Notes under the pieces: model-generated | Databases searched by the model: none | Seen by the model: only the letters and a program-made list of their open reading frames with translations | Told to the model about the DNA's origin: nothing | Source: a virus | Lineage: Duplodnaviria; Caudoviricetes | Virus record (IMG/VR): IMGVR_UViG_3300031520_000010 | Coordinates: 1-40,413 of that record | Length of the DNA stretch: 40,413 nt | Strand: one strand, 5' to 3' | Position numbers and translations under genes: made by a program | Part shown: one piece after another, positions 9,046 to 18,665 of the stretch | How the letters are laid out: the number at the start of each line of letters is the position of its first letter | How positions within the stretch are numbered: the stretch's first letter is position 1

Positions 9046-10233
9046 TCAGTAGGACGGCGGGTAGGCAGGCGTGAACGTGGACCCCATCGCCGCGGCCGGC
9101 ACCACCGTCACGGGAGCGGACGCGACGCTGGTGACCCCCGTGGAGTCGGCGACCGTGACCGTGACCGTGTACGTGCCGGCCGCGGCGTACGTGTGCGAGC
9201 GGGACGCGGCCCCCGACGGAACCGACGAGGTGTTGTCGCCCCACGACCAGCCGTAGCTGACGATCGGGTTCGGCCCCGTGGAGCCGGAGGCGTCCCCGAC
9301 AACGGACAGGTCACTGACGACCGTGCCCATGCGGGCGGTGAGCGGTGCTCCGGGGCTGGCCGGGGTGACCGTCACCTCGGCGCTGGTCGCGGACCCGTTC
9401 GCGTTCGTCGCGGTCAACCGGTAGGCGTAGCTGGTCGGGTAGACCACGCCGGGGTCGGTGTAACCGGTCGCGGTGAGAGCGGGGGTCGCGACCGTCGCCC
9501 ACGACCCACCGGACGGGCGCCGCTCCAGCAGCAGCGCGGTCAGCGGGCTCCCACCGGTGCTGATCGGCTGCCACGCCACGGTCGCCGAGTTCACACCCGC
9601 CGTGACCGTGAGGACCGGTGCTTCCGGGGCGGTGCTGGGCGTGACCTGCGCAGTCGCGCTGTCCAGGGCTCCGGCGCTGTCCCGGACCGTCACCGTCACC
9701 GTGTAGGTGCCCGCCGAGGCGTACGTGTGGGACGCGGTCAGCGACGGGCCCGCCGGGGTGGTGGTGCCGTCGCCCCAGTTCCACGCGGCCGACGCGATCG
9801 GTGATCCGCCCACGGTCGATCCGGCCGCGGACGCCGCCACCGTCGACCCGGTCGGGGTCACCGTCAGCGCCGCGGTTGGCCCGGTCATCGTCACCGGCGG
9901 GGATCCGGCGCTCCCGCTGACCGCGGGAGACAGGTCGAACAGGTTCACATCCCCCGGCCCGGGCAGCAGCCGCAGTGAGTACGCCCGGACCCGCTCCGCG
10001 GCGGCCCCCAGGTACCACTGCACCAGGTAGGCGCTTCCCGCCGGCCCGTCGTCCAGGGCCAAGGTGAGAGAGAAGCTGCCTGTGGCGTCCAGGTCCGCGC
10101 GGACACCGAGCGGCGCGATGATCGTCCGGCCGGACCCGATGATCTGCTCCGGGGTGAACGTCACGTAGCCGGGGGTCGGCTGGGTCGTCGGGTCCTCGAA
10201 CCTGCCGACGATCCGGCGGGTCGTGATCGCCAT
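9046..10233 (-). CDS. Minor tail protein with PKD-FN3-PKD domains
   Basis: Two W.WGD...SHTYA.AGTYTVTVTV.DS PKD motifs flank an FN3 (VAWQP..TGGSPLT...YAYRLTATNANG); N-terminal G.VTFTP...LDATGSFSLTL adaptor. Confidence 0.85.
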   Translation of the reverse strand: MAITTRRIVGRFEDPTTQPTPGYVTFTPEQIIGSGRTIIAPLGVRADLDATGSFSLTLALDDGPAGSAYLVQWYLGAAAERVRAYSLRLLPGPGDVNLFDLSPAVSGSAGSPPVTMTGPTAALTVTPTGSTVAASAAGSTVGGSPIASAAWNWGDGTTTPAGPSLTASHTYASAGTYTVTVTVRDSAGALDSATAQVTPSTAPEAPVLTVTAGVNSATVAWQPISTGGSPLTALLLERRPSGGSWATVATPALTATGYTDPGVVYPTSYAYRLTATNANGSATSAEVTVTPASPGAPLTARMGTVVSDLSVVGDASGSTGPNPIVSYGWSWGDNTSSVPSGAASRSHTYAAAGTYTVTVTVADSTGVTSVASAPVTVVPAAAMGSTFTPAYPPSY

Positions 10234-10243
10234 GGTCAGCTCC

Positions 10244-10798
10244 TCATGCGGGGGGCGGTGGGGCCGGCGGGGTGAGGGCGTCCATTCGGGCCGTCAGCGT
10301 GGACATCTCGTCCGACAGGGCCGCCGCCTGCCGGCCGGCCGCGGCGACAGCGTCCGACGCCGCCGACGCCGCCCGCTGGGCGCTGTCCGCGGTCGCCGCG
10401 ATCTGCACCAGCGCCGACCGGACCTCCGTCACCGCCGTCGTGAACTGCACCCCGAGAGAGTCCGCGAACGTCTTCAACGCCACCGCGCCGTTCACCGCGG
10501 TCTCCACCTGCAGCAGGCGGTCCCCGAGATCCGCGGGTTGCACCGGGAACCGCTGCCCCCCAGCCACGCCCGTGTCCAGGTACAACGTGCCCAGGCCGGT
10601 GGGGGCCTGGAACCTGAACAGGCCGAACTGGTCCGCGGTCACGTGGTCGGTGGGTACTCCGTCCCCGTTGATCAGGTCCACCACCCGGTTCCCGTCCACC
10701 GGCGCGTCCCACACCGACGCCGTCGCACCCGGGGACCCCGCGCCGGCCGCTGTCAGCTGGTCGGCCGGTCCGCCCCCGTACGACCGGTACGCGGTCAC
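10244..10798 (-). CDS. Minor tail protein/fibre attachment protein with C-terminal coiled coil
   Basis: 184 aa; WDAP..G.RV.DL...G.......DQFG..RFQAP N-terminal pattern; Ala-rich helical tail. Confidence 0.65.
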   Translation of the reverse strand: MTAYRSYGGGPADQLTAAGAGSPGATASVWDAPVDGNRVVDLINGDGVPTDHVTADQFGLFRFQAPTGLGTLYLDTGVAGGQRFPVQPADLGDRLLQVETAVNGAVALKTFADSLGVQFTTAVTEVRSALVQIAATADSAQRAASAASDAVAAAGRQAAALSDEMSTLTARMDALTPPAPPPPA

Positions 10799-11334
10799 CC
10801 GATCCCCGCGGGGGACAGGTCGAAGTACAGGCCGGCGACCAGGCCCTGGCCGACCGGGCCCTGCACGAAGATCTGCACCGTGTCCAGGTCCCCGAGCTGC
10901 ACCAGCCGGGACAGGCCCTCCGTGGCCGGTTTCCCGAAGCTCGTCTGCCCGCGGACGTCCATCACCAGGCCGCCCTGGTCGGCGCGGCCACCGGAGTTCT
11001 GCCGCACCATCACCCGCGTTGCCCCCAGCGTCGCGTTGCTCGCGTAGTCGAAGGTCAGCCCGAAGTTGACGCAGAACAGGCCGGCCCCGCCCACGGGGAT
11101 CTGCCAGCCGTACGCGGCGGGGAGCATCCCGTTCTCCACCACCACGCCCGCGGTCAGCGGCGGCCCCCAGAAGTTCCCGTCCGGGAACGTGTACCCGGTC
11201 GGGCAGTGCGCGGTCCCCAACGGGCGGGTCACCGCCGACTCCACGGACGCGGCGAGCCGCTGCGTGTCCCCCGGGATGTCCGGGGCGTTCGCGTAGTCCG
11301 GGGCGACAAGCCCCAGCTTCGGTGTGGTCGCCAT
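10795..11334 (-). CDS. Minor tail protein
   Basis: MATTPKLGL..PD...APD.P.D...LA..VE start typical of actinophage minor tail proteins; AAAGGA SD. Confidence 0.7.
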   Translation of the reverse strand: MATTPKLGLVAPDYANAPDIPGDTQRLAASVESAVTRPLGTAHCPTGYTFPDGNFWGPPLTAGVVVENGMLPAAYGWQIPVGGAGLFCVNFGLTFDYASNATLGATRVMVRQNSGGRADQGGLVMDVRGQTSFGKPATEGLSRLVQLGDLDTVQIFVQGPVGQGLVAGLYFDLSPAGIG

Positions 11335-11347
11335 CAGGGTCCTTTCG

Positions 11348-11605
11348 TCAGGCCAGGCCGAGGATCGGGCCGAGGATCAGCAGCGACCCCTGGGGGCCGC
11401 GGTGCACGAACACGGCCTGGCCGGCCGCGATGGTCATCGGCCCGCATGTCGGCGCCGCGATCGGGTCGCCGCCCACCGCGGGCACGACCAGGTAGTTCCC
11501 GGCTGGGTCCTTCCCAACGCATGTGGCGACCTGGTGGCAGCACCCCGGGTCCGGTGGCTGCTGCGCCCGGACCAGCGCCCGCAGATGCGGCCGAGGCGCG
11601 GTCAC
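11348..11605 (-). CDS. Small minor tail protein (85 aa)
   Basis: GTG at 11605 overlaps the upstream TGA; ends G.AVFV.RG..G.LLILG as in small tail-tip proteins. Confidence 0.6.
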   Translation of the reverse strand: MTAPRPHLRALVRAQQPPDPGCCHQVATCVGKDPAGNYLVVPAVGGDPIAAPTCGPMTIAAGQAVFVHRGPQGSLLILGPILGLA

Positions 11606-12822
11606 CGCCGGACCCCCCGCGCGAGCACGCCCTTCAACATGTCCGCGTAGGTGGCGTAGCGACGGTCCAGCTCCTGGTAGCTGTTCGCTTCGGCATCCAG
11701 GTCCACGTAGGTGCGGGCCGGACCGATGTCGTCGGTGGCCGCGCCCACCGCCCGGCACGTCCCCGTCATCCCCGTCCCGTCCAGCGGCTGCGTCAACGTG
11801 TCGATCACATGCGCCTCAGCGGTCCTGGACATCCCCGGCAGCTCCCGGAACACCACCCCGACCGAGTCCAGGACGTCCAACGCCGGATGGCCGATCGCCG
11901 TCCACGTCACCTGCGACTGCAAACCGATCTTGCGGGCCAGCACCGACTGCCCCATCAACCTCGCCTGATCCGCCGTAGTCACCAGATCACTGCTCACCGT
12001 CAGCGGCGCCACCATGAACGGGCCGCCCACGAACGTCGGTGACCTCGGGTCCACGTCCTCCACCACCACCGGCCGGAACGGCGGGACCCCGCTCGTGGAC
12101 GTCGACACCACCCGGATCCGGTTCCTCGAGTACTGCCGGGTCCGGGACCGGTCCGCGCTCATCAGCACACCGTTCTGGCCGTAGTCCACCAACCAGTCCA
12201 CGGCCCGCGGGTGCGTCGGCAGGTCCCGGATCTCCGCGACCCCGTCCGCGGCGTACGCAACGTCCACCCCGATCGCGTCGGCCAGGCTGTAGATCGCCGC
12301 AGCCCGGTCCGGGCCGTACAGGAACGCGGCGCGGGGCAACTCCGCGTCCCGGCTCGTCAGCACCCGCACCGGCGTGCCACCCGGGGCGAGCAACCGGACG
12401 ATCTCCTGGACGAACGTGTCCGACCGGGGCCGTTCCGCGTCGTCGAACGTGGCCTCCTGGATCACCACCCACCGGTCCGGGCACGTCAGGTTGATCAGAC
12501 CACCGGAGTAGGAGATCTGCTCCGTGTCCACCCGGAACACGCCCATCGGCAGGTACTCCACAAGGCCACCGAGGTACCGGGGGCCGCGGAACACCCGCAC
12601 CCACGCGCCGGCCGGTTCCAGCGCCCCCCACTCCGACCCGGTGTTCTCCACCGCCAAGGTCAAGGTGCGGCGCACACCCTGCGCGGCGGTGATCGCGACA
12701 CTCCCCGAGTCCACCCGGTGCACGAACTCCCGGCCCTGACCGATCTGCGACGTCACCTTGTTCAGCAGGGGAACGCCACCCGAGCGGATCGCCCGGTCGA
12801 AAGCCTCCGACCGCGCCCACAT
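11602..12822 (-). CDS. Tail-tip/baseplate hub minor tail protein (DUF5047-like)
   Basis: 406 aa, second gene after the tape measure; VDSGSV...A..GVRRTLTL, PMGVFRVD, HPALD..D motifs. Confidence 0.75.
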   Translation of the reverse strand: MWARSEAFDRAIRSGGVPLLNKVTSQIGQGREFVHRVDSGSVAITAAQGVRRTLTLAVENTGSEWGALEPAGAWVRVFRGPRYLGGLVEYLPMGVFRVDTEQISYSGGLINLTCPDRWVVIQEATFDDAERPRSDTFVQEIVRLLAPGGTPVRVLTSRDAELPRAAFLYGPDRAAAIYSLADAIGVDVAYAADGVAEIRDLPTHPRAVDWLVDYGQNGVLMSADRSRTRQYSRNRIRVVSTSTSGVPPFRPVVVEDVDPRSPTFVGGPFMVAPLTVSSDLVTTADQARLMGQSVLARKIGLQSQVTWTAIGHPALDVLDSVGVVFRELPGMSRTAEAHVIDTLTQPLDGTGMTGTCRAVGAATDDIGPARTYVDLDAEANSYQELDRRYATYADMLKGVLARGVRR

Positions 12823-13628
12823 CAGCTCGGCGTCCCGGCCAGCATGTCCAGGTAGCTGGCGTAGCTCGCGTTCAGCGCCGTGTAGGTCAGCTGCTCGGCG
12901 TCCAGATCCGCGTAGGTCCGCTCCGGCTGCTGCGGGCCGTCCGGGCGGTCCACCACCCAGAAAGGGAAGTTCCAGATCCGGGTCTGCGACGTGCCCGTGG
13001 CCGCCGGGTTGTCGATCGTCGCGGAACCCAGGTACAGGTAGGAGTGGGTGATGTCCCAGCCCCAGCTGAACGGGGAGTCGAACAGCAGCGGCACCTGCGC
13101 GTTCGTCAACGCCAGCAGGCGGACCACGTCGGACTGGTCGAAGGTGTACACGGCCAGGGTGCCTTGCAGCTCCTTGCGCCCGCCGTCCGGGACGATCACC
13201 GGGGTCGCCCGGCCCATCACCAGGTTCACGGCCTCACGGGTCGGCCTGTTCAGCCCCGTCAGGGACTTCACCACCGGGCTGAACGACAGCGCCGGGGACG
13301 CGGGGTGCCGCAGCCACGGCTCGGAGATCCACAGCGTCACCGGCGCCGACACCACCGACGCGCCGGACTCCGACACCGCCCGGTACGTGCACGGCTTGTC
13401 CGTCCACGACTCGTAGTCGGCGGCGATGATTGTCCCGCCCGTCGCGGGAGCGGGGCTCGCCGCCCGTACCGGGCGGATCCTGCCGTCCGGGTCCGTCCGG
13501 TACACGGTGATCGACGTCGCACCCGGCACCGACGCCTGGATCAGCACCCGCGGTGGCAGATGGTCCGGTTGCGGCGTGACCACGATCGGCTGGGCGACGG
13601 TCGTGCCGGCACCGGACGGGATCGCCAC
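12822..13628 (-). CDS. Distal tail (Dit)-like minor tail protein
   Basis: 268 aa, immediately after the tape measure; DYE....P.TYR and V.GR..PV motifs. Confidence 0.7.
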   Translation of the reverse strand: MAIPSGAGTTVAQPIVVTPQPDHLPPRVLIQASVPGATSITVYRTDPDGRIRPVRAASPAPATGGTIIAADYESWTDKPCTYRAVSESGASVVSAPVTLWISEPWLRHPASPALSFSPVVKSLTGLNRPTREAVNLVMGRATPVIVPDGGRKELQGTLAVYTFDQSDVVRLLALTNAQVPLLFDSPFSWGWDITHSYLYLGSATIDNPAATGTSQTRIWNFPFWVVDRPDGPQQPERTYADLDAEQLTYTALNASYASYLDMLAGTPS

Positions 13629-13631
13629 GTC

Positions 13632-16600
13632 TCACCCCGTCCCGTAGCCCAGCAGGGTCGCGTGCGCCTCGTGGTCGGCGTCGATCTCCACCCTGACGAT
13701 GTCCTTCAACTCGACGTCGCCGATGAAGATCCGCGCGTTCAACACCGGGGTGGCCGGCCGGTCCGCGGTGGCCACCGGCGACGGTGAACCGACCCGGGCC
13801 ATCGCCGCGGTGAACGCCCGCTCCTGTACCGGGTTCAGCACCTGCTCGGGATGCCCGGACAGGTTCACCCCGAAGTCGCCGTGCTTCATCCGGCCACCCA
13901 GGTCGTAGCCGTGGCCCTGGCCGAGGTCTGACAGGTTCGGGTTGCCCCCGAACTTGTGCGAGTCGTAGTTCACGCCCGCGTAGATGCTGGCGTGCGGGTC
14001 GTACTGCCCGGCCGACCGGTAGGGCCCTGCGTAGGCGTCGAAGGTGGTCCGGATCACCTGCATCAGGCCCCGGGCGAGGTCCCCGGAGGCGTTGTTGACG
14101 TCCCCGATGTTCCCCTGGGTCGCGTTCGGGTCGCCACCCGACTCCGTCTGGATCTGCCGGAGCACCCGGGTGATCAGGCCACCCGACTGGGACAGGCCCA
14201 GCTCCCCGAGGGTGCTGCCCACCAGCGGTGCCCACCGGGTCACCGCGTCACCCGTGGGCATCCCGCCGGGACCAGTCGGCCCGCCCGGGGAACCGGGCCG
14301 GGCACTCATCCCCGGGATCCGCCCGTACCGCGCGCCCGGCCAGATGCCCTCCTCCCGGACGAACGCACCCGTGTGCGGCGCGTCGATCATCCGACCGCCA
14401 CCCGAGTCGATCCCCACGTGACCGGCCGGCTGGTCGAAGAACACCAAGTCCCCGATACCCGCCGACCGGGCCGGCGCCGGCGACGTCCACGCCTCCTGCT
14501 GAGCCGCCGTCCGAGGCGCGTGAATGTTGAACTTCCCCAGCACGTACTCGACCAACCCCGAGCAGTCGAACCCCCCCGGCTCCGTCCCACCCCACAGGTA
14601 CGGCACCCCGATGAACTTCCGCGCGGCCGCCACGATCGCCGGGCCGTCCGCGATCCCACCGCCGCCGCCGGTCAGCGACGACAGGGCGCCCTTCAGGCTG
14701 TCCAACACCTCGCTGATCGCGTACTTCGGGACCGACTTGACCAGCTCCGCCATCTGCCCGCTGGCACCGCCGAGGGAACTGCCCATCACCTTGGCGACCA
14801 GGCGGCCGAGCATCGCCCCCGGGTCCGTCAGCGCTGACATCACGTCCTCGCCGGCGTGCTTCACCGAACCCCACACGCTTTCGATGCCACCGACCAGACC
14901 GCCACCAGCGAACCGGTCCCCGCCGTTCCCGATGCCACCGTTCATCGCGACCAGCTCCGGCAGATGCCGCCGGGTCGCCCGGGCGTTCACCACGAACTCC
15001 CGGCGGCTCAACCGGGCCGGGATGCTGTCGGAGGTATCCGTGCCCGGGCCGTCCACCAGACCGCCCCGGGAGAACCCCTTCGGCAACGGGATCGGGTCGA
15101 TGTGCGCGGACGACCCGACCTTCCCCGAGATCCAGTTGAACGCCTTGATCAGACCGTCGTTCAGGACCGTGTTTACGACGAACTTGATCGGTGCCTTCAC
15201 CAGCGCCTGCAGACCGTCCCAGGCCAGACCGATCAGCTTCACCGCGCCCTGGACCGCGCCCACCAGTTCGACCTTGAACGCCGACCCGAACATCGTCAGC
15301 ATCGGGTGGATCCACTTGTCCCACACGCCCTTCAGGCCCGTGCCGAGCTCGAGGAACCGGCCGCCGATGTACCCGAACACCGGGGACAGGACGTTGCTCC
15401 ACAGCCACTTCGCGATCGTCGCGACCGCGTTGAAGACCGGACTGACGTAGGTGTCGTAGAGGGCCTTGATCGCCGGGAACACGACCTGTGTCAGGACGTC
15501 GTGGATCAGCAGCGCCACCGCCTGGATGGTGTTGCCCATCCAGGTCGCGAGCGCCCCGACGGAGTTGAAGTAGGGGCTGATCGCGTTGGTCCACAGCCAC
15601 TTCGCGGCGGTGGCGACCGCGGAGATCGCGACCTCGATGCCGCCGAAGGCGGGCAGGATCGCGTTCTGCCACAGCCACACGGCGAGCTTGCCGGCCTCCG
15701 ACATCGCGGCACGGATGCCGTCGAAGGCGGGGTGGATGGCGTTGTCCCACAGCCACACCGCGAGCTTCCCCGCCGCTGTCAGCGCCGGGTGGATCGCGTT
15801 CTCCCACAGCCACAGCACCCCGTTGCCGAGCTCCACCGCGGCAGCACGGACCGCCTGGAAGGCGGCCTGCACGATGTTGTGGAAGGTCTGGGAGTGCTTG
15901 TAGGCGTAGACCAGGGCCACCCCGAGGGCAATGATCCCGGCCGCGATCAACATCCAGGTCTTGGCACCCGACACAACCTCGGCGGCTGCGACCGCAACAC
16001 TGAGCACGCCGAACGCGGCCGCAACCGCAACGACCCCGATCGCCACCGGCTTCAGCCACGCCATGTTGGCCTGGGCGAACGCGGTCACCTTCGGGACCGT
16101 GTCCGCCAGCCACGTCGCCAGCCGAGTCAGCGGTGGCAGCAGCACCGTCCCCACGGTGATCGCGGTGACCTTGATCGACTCCTTGAATCGGTCCAGTTGG
16201 ACGTTGAAGGTCTGCTGCGCGGCCTTCCAGGCGTCGATGTCCTTGCCGTTGTGCCGGGCCGCCCGGCCCACGTCGGCGGTCGTCCGCGCCAGGTAGCCCG
16301 CGGACCCGCCGGTCAGCTGTAGCGCCACCTGCAGGCCCGCCGCGCCACCCATCATCTTCTGCATGGCCGAGACGTACGTCGGGGACGTCTGCTGGCCGTG
16401 CAGCAGCTGAGCGTTGAAGCCCTTCGATCGGTTCTCGGCGGACGCCCACTGACCCAGCAGGGAGGCTGTCGGCGCCGGGAGCAGCTTCACCTCGGACCGG
16501 TAGTTCTTCAGGCTGAGCTTGCCGGACTCGTAGGCGCTGGCGATCTTCTGCGCGGCCGGCGGAAGGTTGTCGAACATCTTCGCCGCGTCGGCAGCGGCCG

Positions 16601-17918
16601 TCTTGCTGCCGTTGAACGTTGCCTGCAGGGCCACGCCCGCCGGGCCCATCTTGGCGTAGATCGCCTGCGACAGCATGTCGATGGTCCCCGACAGGCCGCG
16701 CTTCCCGAGGTGGGTGCTGACGTCCTGGGCGTTGATTCCGAACCGGGACATCATCTGCGTGGCCACGTTGTTCGGGGCCTGCAGGCTGCGGATCGCGAAC
16801 GCGAGGTGCTGGGTCGCCTCGTCCGCGCTGGTGCCGTGGGAGGTCAGGGTCGCGATGGCCGCGCCGACCTGGGCGAAGCTGAGGCCGGCCTTGGAGGCAA
16901 CCGGGAGGACTGTGCTCAGCGACTGGGAGAAGTTCTCCATCGTCGTCTTCGAGGCGCCCGCCGCGACCACCATCTGGTTCATCACCGAGTTCGCCTGCGA
17001 GGCCGGGATGTTGTAGGACGCCATGACCGAGGTCAGACCGTTCGTAACGACCGACAGGGAAGCGTTCTCGTCCTTCGCTCCCTGTGCCGCGGCCTTCAAC
17101 ACCATCAGGCCGTCTGCCCCGCGGTGGCCGGCCTTCTCCATCACGTACATGCCCTCGGCGAGGTCAGTCGTTGAGGTGCCCGTCGACACGGCGAGGGTCT
17201 TGATCCCGTTCGAGACCAGGCCGAGGTTGCCCTGCGCCTCACCGCCGGCCGTGACCAGCAGCATCATCTGCTTCTGGAAGTCCCCGGCCTCCTTGATGCT
17301 GTGGGAGAGGAAGTCGACTGCGGCGAAGCCTGCGAACAGCCCACCGAGCCCCAGCACCTGCTTCCCAACGCCGCCGATCCCCGAGGACACCTTCCCCAGG
17401 CCCGTCTGGGCGACCCCACCCATGCGGGCCATGCCCGTCTGGGTCTCCACCGCCGCGCCCGCCGCGGCCCGGCCCGCCCGGGCCTGCGCCACCTCAAGCT
17501 GCCTGGCCGCGGTCACCGCGCCCGTCGTCGACGTCGCCGACCCGCGGACCGCCGTGGCGAGGCGCTCCTCGGCCGCGGCCATGCTCGCCGCGGACGCACG
17601 CCCGGTCGCCCGCAGCTCGTTCAGCCGCAGCTCGGCGACCCGGACCGTGCCCGCGGCCTTCGCCTCCCGGTCCCGGGCCGACGCGACCTTCGCGGACGCC
17701 ACTGTCACCGCCGCCGCGGCCCGGTCCGCGGACCCGCGGACCTCCGCGCCGAACCCAGCCATCCCCGACCGCGCCGAGGAGGTCATCGCCTGGGAGAACT
17801 CCCGGCCCGACGACGCACCGAACGACGACAGGTTGATCCTGGCACCCTCGCGGACCGAACTCGCGAACGTCGCCATGTTCGGCAGGACGTCAACCCACAC
17901 TGCACCGGCACGTGCCAC
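13632..17918 (-). CDS. Tape measure protein with C-terminal NlpC/P60 peptidase and SLT-like transglycosylase domains
   Basis: 1428 aa, Ala/Gly-rich, WLW periodic repeats; GVPYLWGG...FDCSGLV...HVGI; ESGGDPNA...RGLMQV. Confidence 0.95.
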   Translation of the reverse strand: MARAGAVWVDVLPNMATFASSVREGARINLSSFGASSGREFSQAMTSSARSGMAGFGAEVRGSADRAAAAVTVASAKVASARDREAKAAGTVRVAELRLNELRATGRASAASMAAAEERLATAVRGSATSTTGAVTAARQLEVAQARAGRAAAGAAVETQTGMARMGGVAQTGLGKVSSGIGGVGKQVLGLGGLFAGFAAVDFLSHSIKEAGDFQKQMMLLVTAGGEAQGNLGLVSNGIKTLAVSTGTSTTDLAEGMYVMEKAGHRGADGLMVLKAAAQGAKDENASLSVVTNGLTSVMASYNIPASQANSVMNQMVVAAGASKTTMENFSQSLSTVLPVASKAGLSFAQVGAAIATLTSHGTSADEATQHLAFAIRSLQAPNNVATQMMSRFGINAQDVSTHLGKRGLSGTIDMLSQAIYAKMGPAGVALQATFNGSKTAAADAAKMFDNLPPAAQKIASAYESGKLSLKNYRSEVKLLPAPTASLLGQWASAENRSKGFNAQLLHGQQTSPTYVSAMQKMMGGAAGLQVALQLTGGSAGYLARTTADVGRAARHNGKDIDAWKAAQQTFNVQLDRFKESIKVTAITVGTVLLPPLTRLATWLADTVPKVTAFAQANMAWLKPVAIGVVAVAAAFGVLSVAVAAAEVVSGAKTWMLIAAGIIALGVALVYAYKHSQTFHNIVQAAFQAVRAAAVELGNGVLWLWENAIHPALTAAGKLAVWLWDNAIHPAFDGIRAAMSEAGKLAVWLWQNAILPAFGGIEVAISAVATAAKWLWTNAISPYFNSVGALATWMGNTIQAVALLIHDVLTQVVFPAIKALYDTYVSPVFNAVATIAKWLWSNVLSPVFGYIGGRFLELGTGLKGVWDKWIHPMLTMFGSAFKVELVGAVQGAVKLIGLAWDGLQALVKAPIKFVVNTVLNDGLIKAFNWISGKVGSSAHIDPIPLPKGFSRGGLVDGPGTDTSDSIPARLSRREFVVNARATRRHLPELVAMNGGIGNGGDRFAGGGLVGGIESVWGSVKHAGEDVMSALTDPGAMLGRLVAKVMGSSLGGASGQMAELVKSVPKYAISEVLDSLKGALSSLTGGGGGIADGPAIVAAARKFIGVPYLWGGTEPGGFDCSGLVEYVLGKFNIHAPRTAAQQEAWTSPAPARSAGIGDLVFFDQPAGHVGIDSGGGRMIDAPHTGAFVREEGIWPGARYGRIPGMSARPGSPGGPTGPGGMPTGDAVTRWAPLVGSTLGELGLSQSGGLITRVLRQIQTESGGDPNATQGNIGDVNNASGDLARGLMQVIRTTFDAYAGPYRSAGQYDPHASIYAGVNYDSHKFGGNPNLSDLGQGHGYDLGGRMKHGDFGVNLSGHPEQVLNPVQERAFTAAMARVGSPSPVATADRPATPVLNARIFIGDVELKDIVRVEIDADHEAHATLLGYGTG

Positions 17919-17922
17919 GAGC

Positions 17923-18309
17923 TCACCTCCCCGGCGTCATCTGTCGCATCACGTCCCGCATTGCCTCGTCTGCCTTGGCCGTCGCCTTCGCGGTCTGCGC
18001 GGCCACGTCCGCGTCACCCGGCCGGAGCACCAGCGGCGGCCACGTCACCGTGTGCGGCTCGAAGTTCATCGCCCTCGTCAGCTCCACCAGCTGCCCCACC
18101 CGATCCACCAGCGCCGCCGTCAGGAACTCCCCGGCCCGCCAGTCATGACCCGCTACGGCCCGGTGCACGGCGCTGTCCGGGGGCAGGTTCTCCACCAGCA
18201 CCCGCAGCTGACGCAGGCTGGTCCCACCACGCCAGTAGTCCGCAATCTTGTCCTGCCCGGTATGGAAGATCAGCGCGGCCTCGACGGCCTCCGGGTGATC
18301 CCCCAGCAC
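17923..18309 (-). CDS. Tail assembly chaperone, downstream (GT-like) segment
   Basis: Directly before the tape measure, in the -1 frame relative to the upstream chaperone; SLRQLRVLVENLPPDSA motif. Confidence 0.7.
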   Translation of the reverse strand: MLGDHPEAVEAALIFHTGQDKIADYWRGGTSLRQLRVLVENLPPDSAVHRAVAGHDWRAGEFLTAALVDRVGQLVELTRAMNFEPHTVTWPPLVLRPGDADVAAQTAKATAKADEAMRDVMRQMTPGR

Positions 18310-18311
18310 GG

Positions 18312-18659
18312 TCAGGATCGAGTAGGGCGACCGTTCATGCGAGCGGTGCTCTCCCGCTGCACGATCCCCACGATCCGCACCACCTCGTCGGCCGCGTCGT
18401 CCTCGTCGCCGTCGAACTGCTCCGTGAGCTTCGCCATCTGCTCCTTGCCGAGCAGTGCTCTCGCCACCGGCCGGGAGTCCACGGTGTCCTCGTCAACCGC
18501 CAGGAGATCATCCCGGACCGACCGCGGGTAGAACATCGGGTGCGGCCAGTGCAGGGTCTCCCCGCTGTCCAGCTGATACTCGATCTGGTCCGAGCCGACC
18601 GCGTCGACCATCTGCTGGCGGGCGGTCTCCCGGGTGAACTTGTTCCTGCTCCGTGCCAT
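18312..18659 (-). CDS. Tail assembly chaperone (G-like)
   Basis: 115 aa, between major tail and tape measure, AGAAGGAG SD. Confidence 0.75.
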   Translation of the reverse strand: MARSRNKFTRETARQQMVDAVGSDQIEYQLDSGETLHWPHPMFYPRSVRDDLLAVDEDTVDSRPVARALLGKEQMAKLTEQFDGDEDDAADEVVRIVGIVQRESTARMNGRPTRS

Positions 18660-18665
18660 GCCGGT

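Noticed and set aside
15400-15830. Recurring cacagccac DNA repeats
   Set aside because: These encode the WLW periodic repeats of the tape measure; not a CRISPR array or separate element
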